The position numbers and the translations under genes were made by a program. A DNA stretch of 64,000 bases from Chthoniobacterales bacterium. Lineage in GTDB: Bacteria > Verrucomicrobiota > Verrucomicrobiia > Chthoniobacterales > UBA6821. The stretch lies in NCBI GenBank assembly GCA_049314455.1, contig JBMOFC010000001.1, forward strand, positions 16,301-80,300, in the 5' to 3' direction. Under the pieces are notes generated by a model, which saw only the letters and a program-made list of their open reading frames with translations, was not told the origin of the DNA and ran no database searches. Shown in pieces: positions 57,952-64,000 of this stretch (positions are counted from its first letter, which is position 1; the number at the start of each line of letters is the position of its first letter).

Positions 57952-60231
57952 CTAAATACCACGCGTCACCGGCCTCATCTGTTTAACACTTTTTTTTGCT
58001 TTTACTTTTTCTTCTTGAATCTTTCTTTCCAATTGAACGATCAATGCAGCACGAAGCTGAAAGCCTGTTTGTACACGAAACAGTATGATGTCTCTAGCGG
58101 CTACTAAAGAGCCTGTGTTGAAATGGCTATCCTTAGTGAAAAGAGGAATCAGTTTTTTAAAAAGAGCATCGATTGCTTTCATTCTTTCCTGATGTTCCTC
58201 AGCACTCGGTTGAGCGCTCTTGAGTTCATCCAGGATGCGTTGGGCCCTTTCTCCGGTGAGATCACTCCAAGCTTTTCTGAAGTTCTGCAATGCAACTTCA
58301 GGAGCAAAAGAGTTCCATGCTTCAGGAACATTCTGCATCGCACGCATCGCACCGAGAGTGCCATGATGAATAGCACCTGCTACAGCAGTTCCTGCCGCGG
58401 CTCCTACAGCAGCCCCTCCAGGACCGCCTACAACATGTCCTGCAGCCTGCCCAACCAAACTTCCGATCTCTCTACCAGTCGACCCCATTAACACCTCGCC
58501 GAGTGCCATATAAATATAAGAAGTAATCCACGTTCGAATAGAAGCATAGTTGAGATAATCACGAAGACCAGAATAAGGCCATCGAGAGTTGATCACATTA
58601 TGAAAAAAAGTATTCCTCTCAGGCTGAAAAATAGCGTCCATAGCGGAGCCTATAAATGCGCCAGTTGCGGCACCATAAAGTAAGCTAGAAGGTATAGATC
58701 CCCAAAGCGCACCAGTATATTCATAATTTTCTCCTAATAGAGCATGCGAGAGTCCTCCAGCCGTTACTCCAAGAAGTGCAGCAGCAAGAGATGCTGCTCC
58801 AATACTAGGAGCATTAGCAACAACACCGGAGGCAAAACCATGAGAAAGAACAGCCACAGAATTCCCCACAGCAGCACTTCCACGACCTATGGTTTCTGCA
58901 AGGTACCAGGGTGCGCTAGCGAGGGCTTGATCAGGATGTTCTAATGCAGTTAGAGCTTCACTCGCCTCCTCTGTTGTTGTATCACCACCTAGAATGTCAC
59001 GACACTGAATTAACAGAGCCCTCTCCTTATCGGTAAAGGGAGCATAGCGCTCTGAGATCTGTTTTAACTCAAATTTGAATGTAACATAAGGGAGAACTAC
59101 CTTTTCTAGGTCAGGGTTTGGAACTACCCTAAAGGAATCATCATTGTAGACATTATTATTGTCTGCCAGTCTCATTATATAAGGGCTAGGAACACAATTT
59201 AATTCATTGAGAATTCCTCCCACCTCTGTACTACGAATATAATCTTGTTCTCTCTCCTTGCGAAAGGTATGTTGTGCTGCTCGAGAGTTCGTGAGTTTCA
59301 ATGGCCCATAAAAGACCATTAATGTTTGATAAAGATGATTTCGGATAACTTTGTTATCTTCAGGAGTAGGAAACTGATCAGGCGACCTGCTCCCATCAAC
59401 ACCTTTCAGATTTACTAGCGTGATAAAAGGAATGGCAGGAGGGGTCTCTCCTTCTTCGCCGCGAGCAGGAAATGTTTTCATTTGAAAAGGAGGATCAACA
59501 TTATTTAAGACAAAACACTCATATAAGTGGTTGTTGTCAGATAAAAATTGATGTTCTTGGAAACTGCCTTCCTCTGCTGGGTCATACTCATTGCTAAAAT
59601 CAAGAGCCATTAAGAGCCTCATTGTATCAGCGTACTCAAACTTTTTAAGCTCACTGAAGATTTGATTAATAACTGGCTTTGCCTCCTGTACGGCTTTTTC
59701 TATTTTTTGGGCTTCTGCTACTACCTCTTCTTGTACTTCTTTGCATTGTGTTTTAAGTTGCTCCACAGGCGTGGCCACTTGGGTTACAGAAGTGGTAATA
59801 GGGCCTGAATTATTAAAGCCTATCGGAGCAACGTTGGCACTCGGACAAACTGATGCCGGGTCAATCGAAGAATGATGACCTCTTAACATGCGAATAACTC
59901 CCTCTAAGCGCTCTCGCGTTAAAGGAGTTCCAATTGTAAATGCAGCGTTTTGTAATAGCTGCTTCCATCCTAATTCTTTCAATCTACTTCTCAGCGCCCC
60001 CATCGATCTGCCCGCCTCCGCAGTCGACACTTCCGTCGGCGTGATTGTGCCATCATGAGGATTGATAATAAAACGCTCAGCCCCTGTAAAGTCATCGAGT
60101 GCTCCTTGCAGAGAGGTGATTAGGTTGCTACGGCTCTGCTCGACACTACCGAAATGATTAATGGTACGGCTAAGTATCTGGTTCGAGGGAGCTGTTGGTC
60201 CTATTCCTATAGTCGTATTATTCACATTCAT
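57952..60231 (-). CDS. Orphan glycine-zipper / coiled-coil protein (~759 aa), candidate T3SS substrate
   Basis: ATG 60231 MNVNNTTIGIGPTAPSNQ; Gly/Ala hydrophobic blocks (GGPGGAAVGAAAGTAVAG); coiled-coil-like regions; no Sec signal evident. Confidence 0.7.
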   Translation of the reverse strand: MNVNNTTIGIGPTAPSNQILSRTINHFGSVEQSRSNLITSLQGALDDFTGAERFIINPHDGTITPTEVSTAEAGRSMGALRSRLKELGWKQLLQNAAFTIGTPLTRERLEGVIRMLRGHHSSIDPASVCPSANVAPIGFNNSGPITTSVTQVATPVEQLKTQCKEVQEEVVAEAQKIEKAVQEAKPVINQIFSELKKFEYADTMRLLMALDFSNEYDPAEEGSFQEHQFLSDNNHLYECFVLNNVDPPFQMKTFPARGEEGETPPAIPFITLVNLKGVDGSRSPDQFPTPEDNKVIRNHLYQTLMVFYGPLKLTNSRAAQHTFRKEREQDYIRSTEVGGILNELNCVPSPYIMRLADNNNVYNDDSFRVVPNPDLEKVVLPYVTFKFELKQISERYAPFTDKERALLIQCRDILGGDTTTEEASEALTALEHPDQALASAPWYLAETIGRGSAAVGNSVAVLSHGFASGVVANAPSIGAASLAAALLGVTAGGLSHALLGENYEYTGALWGSIPSSLLYGAATGAFIGSAMDAIFQPERNTFFHNVINSRWPYSGLRDYLNYASIRTWITSYIYMALGEVLMGSTGREIGSLVGQAAGHVVGGPGGAAVGAAAGTAVAGAIHHGTLGAMRAMQNVPEAWNSFAPEVALQNFRKAWSDLTGERAQRILDELKSAQPSAEEHQERMKAIDALFKKLIPLFTKDSHFNTGSLVAARDIILFRVQTGFQLRAALIVQLERKIQEEKVKAKKSVKQMRPVTRGI

Positions 60232-60546
60232 ACAAACAATGGTTGTAAACTCACGATAAATCTCTTTGGGAGCGAGCTTCAGGAGTTCCTCCAAAAAAGA
60301 TAGGGTATTTGGTTTTGTCGATGCTGTGGGATGGAGCGTCTTTAAAAGAACGCTCTTTCCCAATTCCTTAAGCTGATCAATAGAATGCTAAATAAAAAGC
60401 GGGAGAAGTCTATGGATTTTGTGTTGGAAGGAAGGGGGGCGAATTGACTCAAAAATAAATGAGCACGGTTCAAAAAAGATGCTACTAACATCAATCGTTA
60501 GAAAATGAAGGCTCCAATGACGCGCTTCTCCATGAATGGAGAGGAA

Positions 60547-60756
60547 TCAATCCAAGGTCACTCCAATTTTCACCGTGACCTGCCAATGGGCAATCTTACC
60601 CTCTTCCAAGTGGGCACGAGTCTCCAACACTTCTAACCAACGAAGGTGAGCATGTTCTTTTGAGGCTTTGGATACCGCGTTCTGAACAGCATCTTCAATG
60701 CTCGTCGTTGAAGAACCGACAAGTTCTATTTTTTGGTAGGTGTGCGCGGTGGTCAT
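60547..60756 (-). CDS. Dodecin (flavin-binding)
   Basis: YQKIELVGSS..SIEDAVQNAV..A...LRWLEV...WQVTVKIG. Confidence 0.92.
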   Translation of the reverse strand: MTTAHTYQKIELVGSSTTSIEDAVQNAVSKASKEHAHLRWLEVLETRAHLEEGKIAHWQVTVKIGVTLD

Positions 60757-60767
60757 ATTTTTATTAA

Positions 60768-61328
60768 CTACAGTTTGTGTGTTCGTTGTAAATTCTTCAG
60801 TGTCTCTTGATATTCCTTGAGCTCTTGAGGTGAAAGATGGTCGATAAATAAGATTCCATGGAGGTGATCGACTTCATGCATCGCCGCTCGCGCGAGAAGA
60901 CCTTCTGCTTCGATTTCTAAGTGCTCTCCTTCGAGTGATTGATAGCGAATTTTCACACGAGCAGGACGATTTATTTTTGCTGAAATGCCAGGAATGCTCA
61001 AACACCCTTCTGTGTCATAAGAAGTTTTTCTGCCAAGGGGAATGATTTCTGGATTAATGAGGATCAGTGGTGTGATGCTCTCAATATCGAGAGGTTTGCC
61101 ATCTTTCCATGCCTTGCTAGGACGATCTTTTATAGCAGCGATGACATCAATGACAGCGAGCTGCAACGAACGTCCTACCTGATGTGCTGCTAATCCACAA
61201 CCATCGTACTCATACATGGTTTGAAGCATCTCTTCTGCAAGGGTGATGAGGTGATGATCAAATTTTTCCACACGACTTCCTTTTGTCCTTAGTGCAGGAT
61301 GACCGTAGTAAACAAGTTCAAGTGGCAT
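60768..61328 (-). CDS. def: Peptide deformylase
   Basis: YGHPALR, GCGLAAHQVG, EGCLSIPG, HEVDHLHG; ATG 61328. Confidence 0.96.
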   Translation of the reverse strand: MPLELVYYGHPALRTKGSRVEKFDHHLITLAEEMLQTMYEYDGCGLAAHQVGRSLQLAVIDVIAAIKDRPSKAWKDGKPLDIESITPLILINPEIIPLGRKTSYDTEGCLSIPGISAKINRPARVKIRYQSLEGEHLEIEAEGLLARAAMHEVDHLHGILFIDHLSPQELKEYQETLKNLQRTHKL

Positions 61329-61452
61329 AGCAATAGTTATTAGAGTGTTTTCAATTTCAAGGTCAATGTGTTGAAAGATTGATAATGCGAAACAGGTTGA
61401 AGCATCAAATAACAAGGAGCAGTCTTGTTAAAATTCCTTAACCTTCAAACAA

Positions 61453-61869
61453 TCACAGCTTCACCGCCCGTGTCATGGTGGGGATATTTTTGATGCCAGC
61501 TGCTTGCAGGGCATCCAGTACTGTGACAATGGCGCCAAAAGGGGCTTCTTTGTCGGCTTGCATAGTGACCACGCATTCTGGATTCGTTTTCTGAATTTCT
61601 TGAAGTGCTTCTGCAAGGGTTGCTGTAGTGACAGGGTGCCCATCCAATGTCATTTTCTCGGCAGACTGAACTTCTAAGAGAATATTTTTTTTAGCAGAAG
61701 AAGAAACTTGGGTTCCCGATGTTGATTCAGGAAGGTTGATTTGAAGTTGAGAAAGTTTTGTTTTGAAGGCGGAAGTAACAATAAAAAAAATCAGAAGAAT
61801 CGCTAAAATATCGATTAACGAAACAATCGTAATGGAAGGAATGCGTCGTTTTTTTGTGTAGAAGTGCAT
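61453..61869 (-). CDS. exbD: ExbD/TolR biopolymer transport protein
   Basis: IVSLIDILAILLIFFIVT, INLP, ADK.A.FG.IV.VLD. Confidence 0.9.
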   Translation of the reverse strand: MHFYTKKRRIPSITIVSLIDILAILLIFFIVTSAFKTKLSQLQINLPESTSGTQVSSSAKKNILLEVQSAEKMTLDGHPVTTATLAEALQEIQKTNPECVVTMQADKEAPFGAIVTVLDALQAAGIKNIPTMTRAVKL

Positions 61870-61938
61870 TGAGGAACGAGGCTGAAGACTAAAGACGGAA
61901 GGAGAGAGGAAAGGGAATGTGGATTTGTAATTTATCTC

Positions 61939-62577
61939 TTAATGTTCCCGCGTGATGTAGAGCTTCGTGATCAACTCTGCGGATAAGGCTTCCATATCAA
62001 TAGCGATGACTTCAATACGTCGTGAAAAATAATGAAAAGCCACAAGGCTCGGAACAGCCACGGCAAGGCCAAGGATGGTTGAGTTTAAGGCTTCAGAAAT
62101 TCCTAGTGCCACCATCTGAGGGTCCCCTTTGTCCCCCAGGTTGGCAAAAATACCGACGAGTCCAGAAAGCGTTCCAAGAAGCCCCAGCAGTGGAGAAATG
62201 CCAGTCGTGATTTCTAGAAGCATCAGGCCCGCTTCGAGGCGTGCGATTTCATGACGTGCTCTGACTTGAACGGCATCGAGTGCTTCCACACGAGGCCAGT
62301 CACGATGAGCTAGTAATGTTTTAACGATTCTACTTAAGGGAGAATCTATTTTTTCAATCACTTGATGAAGTGCTGCAATAGAATTATTGTGCTGAAACGT
62401 GTGCAACGCTTGCTTCAGTGCAGGAGGGATTATTTCTGAGCTTCGTAGAGCTAAAGCACGTTGAAAAATAATCGTGAGCGAAGCAATGGAGAGAAGTATC
62501 AGGAGAATGACAAAAGGTCCTCCGTGAAGAATCAGTTGAAGCATGGGAGGCAAGGCAGAAGAAGTCATAGAAGGCAA
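61939..62577 (-). CDS. exbB: MotA/TolQ/ExbB proton channel protein
   Basis: SPLLGLLGTLSGLV, GISEALNSTILGLAVAVP. Confidence 0.9.
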   Translation of the reverse strand: MPSMTSSALPPMLQLILHGGPFVILLILLSIASLTIIFQRALALRSSEIIPPALKQALHTFQHNNSIAALHQVIEKIDSPLSRIVKTLLAHRDWPRVEALDAVQVRARHEIARLEAGLMLLEITTGISPLLGLLGTLSGLVGIFANLGDKGDPQMVALGISEALNSTILGLAVAVPSLVAFHYFSRRIEVIAIDMEALSAELITKLYITREH

Positions 62578-62656
62578 ATAAGGAGTAACGAGTAATGAGT
62601 CTAGTAACTTGCTCGTGACAATTTCAAACTAAAAGAACTAAACTCGTTGATCTTTT

Positions 62657-63841
62657 ATGAAAATATACAAATTTCTTTTGACAATAGTAATTTGTAGTGC
62701 TTTACATGCTGAAACAGCTCTCGTTGCTAGTCCAAATTCAGTAACAATAATGAACAGGCAGTTGCTTGTCGATGAGAGGCCTTTTGTAATGCAGGGAATT
62801 TGTTATAACCCCGTTCGTAAAGGAGAAACCGAACAAAGTGGGCTCATTACCATAAACCCTACTAAGGAAGATCTGCTTACCATTGAAAAGGATTTTAAGA
62901 TGATGAGGGAAGCAGGCTTTAATACAATTAGAACGTATAGGCCCATATTACACCGTCAAGTTCTTGATCTTCTTTCAAAATATCAACTTAAAACTATTGT
63001 TCCTGTTTATTCCCATTATCTTCGTGATACTGAAACAGACCTTATTCAAGTTATAGAAATGCTCAAGGATGAGCCTTCAACGCTTCTATGGGAAATTGGT
63101 AATGAATGGAACCTTAACCATTTCTACACTCATGATAGTACAGAGTGGATTCTAAATCATTTATGTCATCCAGTGTCTGATGAGGTGAAAAAAAATATAT
63201 TGAGTTATTCTTTGGTATCAAAAGAACTAAGCAATCTAGAAGGGATGCAAATCATTGAACATGTAGCTTCATTGATTAGAGAAAAAGATAGACTTCATCC
63301 AATTAGCACCAACATCTTAGATCCAAAGCGTATTTCTGATGCTATCGAGAATCATGACTACTATTTTTTGTCTGACTCTATAGATCTTTATGGAATCAAT
63401 GTTTATGACGGATTGAGCTTTGGATCAAGATTTGATTTTTGGAAGCAGCTCAGTAGTAAACCATGCTATATAGGAGAGTTCGGAGCCGACGCCTGGAATC
63501 AAGATATTAATGATTATGACCCTGATTCTCAAAAACAAGCTGATCTAGCATTGCTAGAAGAAATAATGAACAACTTATCAGCTAGGGACCCCAATAATAT
63601 TCTAGTAGGAGGATGCATTTTCGAATGGAATGATGAATGGTGGAAGGATCGGACTGGATCAGCTGATAAACATGATACCAACGGCGTTCGCCCTGATGAA
63701 GGAGGTCCATTTCCTGATCATAGTTTTACAGAAGAATGGTGGGGTATTGTAGATATTGAAAGAAATCCAAGGCCAGTATATGACGCAATTAAGAAATTGT
63801 ATCATGGTAATTGCTCATTTCCTTCTCGAGATAATCAATAG
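62657..63841 (+). CDS. Exported clan GH-A glycoside hydrolase (GH2/GH5-like TIM barrel)
   Basis: Signal peptide; GFNTIRTY; acid/base WEIGNE; nucleophile IGEFG; FEWNDEWWK; EEWWG. Confidence 0.8.
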   Translation: MKIYKFLLTIVICSALHAETALVASPNSVTIMNRQLLVDERPFVMQGICYNPVRKGETEQSGLITINPTKEDLLTIEKDFKMMREAGFNTIRTYRPILHRQVLDLLSKYQLKTIVPVYSHYLRDTETDLIQVIEMLKDEPSTLLWEIGNEWNLNHFYTHDSTEWILNHLCHPVSDEVKKNILSYSLVSKELSNLEGMQIIEHVASLIREKDRLHPISTNILDPKRISDAIENHDYYFLSDSIDLYGINVYDGLSFGSRFDFWKQLSSKPCYIGEFGADAWNQDINDYDPDSQKQADLALLEEIMNNLSARDPNNILVGGCIFEWNDEWWKDRTGSADKHDTNGVRPDEGGPFPDHSFTEEWWGIVDIERNPRPVYDAIKKLYHGNCSFPSRDNQ

Positions 63842-64000
63842 TTCTCAGTTGTCAGTAGTTTTAGATCGTTATCTTCGAAAAAATCGAACTAAAATTAGCG
63901 CACCATCATGGGTCAATTTTGCCAAAAATGTGCAGCACCTTGCAACGAATTAACATGAAATATTCGTGCTAACTAAAAAGTAAAAAAGAACTTGCAACAA

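Noticed and set aside
1-64000. CRISPR array or cas genes
   Set aside because: The hairpin repeats are dispersed rather than regularly interspaced, and there are no cas-like ORFs.
1-64000. Autonomous IS, transposase, integrase or prophage
   Set aside because: No ORF with DDE, HUH, tyrosine/serine recombinase or phage structural motifs was recognised.

Overview
An AT-rich 64-kb bacterial chromosome segment, most likely from a host-associated Verrucomicrobium (Chthoniobacterales-like). This is inferred from the RpoA N-terminus MPIRLGRFEMPK, the short RpoZ, and an autotransporter built of T5SS/PEP-CTERM-type beta-repeats. Bases 1-16.7 kb hold the distal part of a non-flagellar, Ysc-like type III secretion cluster: sctP-Q-R-S-T-U, then an orphan and a YddA/BacA-type ABC transporter, then lcrR-like, a stand-alone SpoA gene, sctW, sycN, sctX, sctY, sctV, sctD and sctE. 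The cluster ends beside a tRNA-Ser(TGA). The rest is mostly housekeeping genes (tmk, holB, proB, thiH/S, smpB, rpoZ, dxs, xseB, gpsA, plsY, nadE, rpoA-rplQ, glnII, fabG, sixA, glgA, obgE, def, exbBD), plus an 8.2-kb three-module autotransporter and several orphans that could be secreted effectors. The most striking unannotated signal is a dense, layered set of miniature repeats. First, about 11 Rickettsia-palindromic-element (RPE)-like MITEs occur; several overlap the stop codon of the upstream gene and one sits in frame inside obgE. Second, a ~22-bp hairpin (TACCCGTTC-N3-4-GAACGGGTA) occurs about 14 times and caps cassettes built from inverted heptamer arrays. Third, these elements nest inside one another. 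No transposase is present in the window. All family assignments come from motif recognition by eye; no searches were run.
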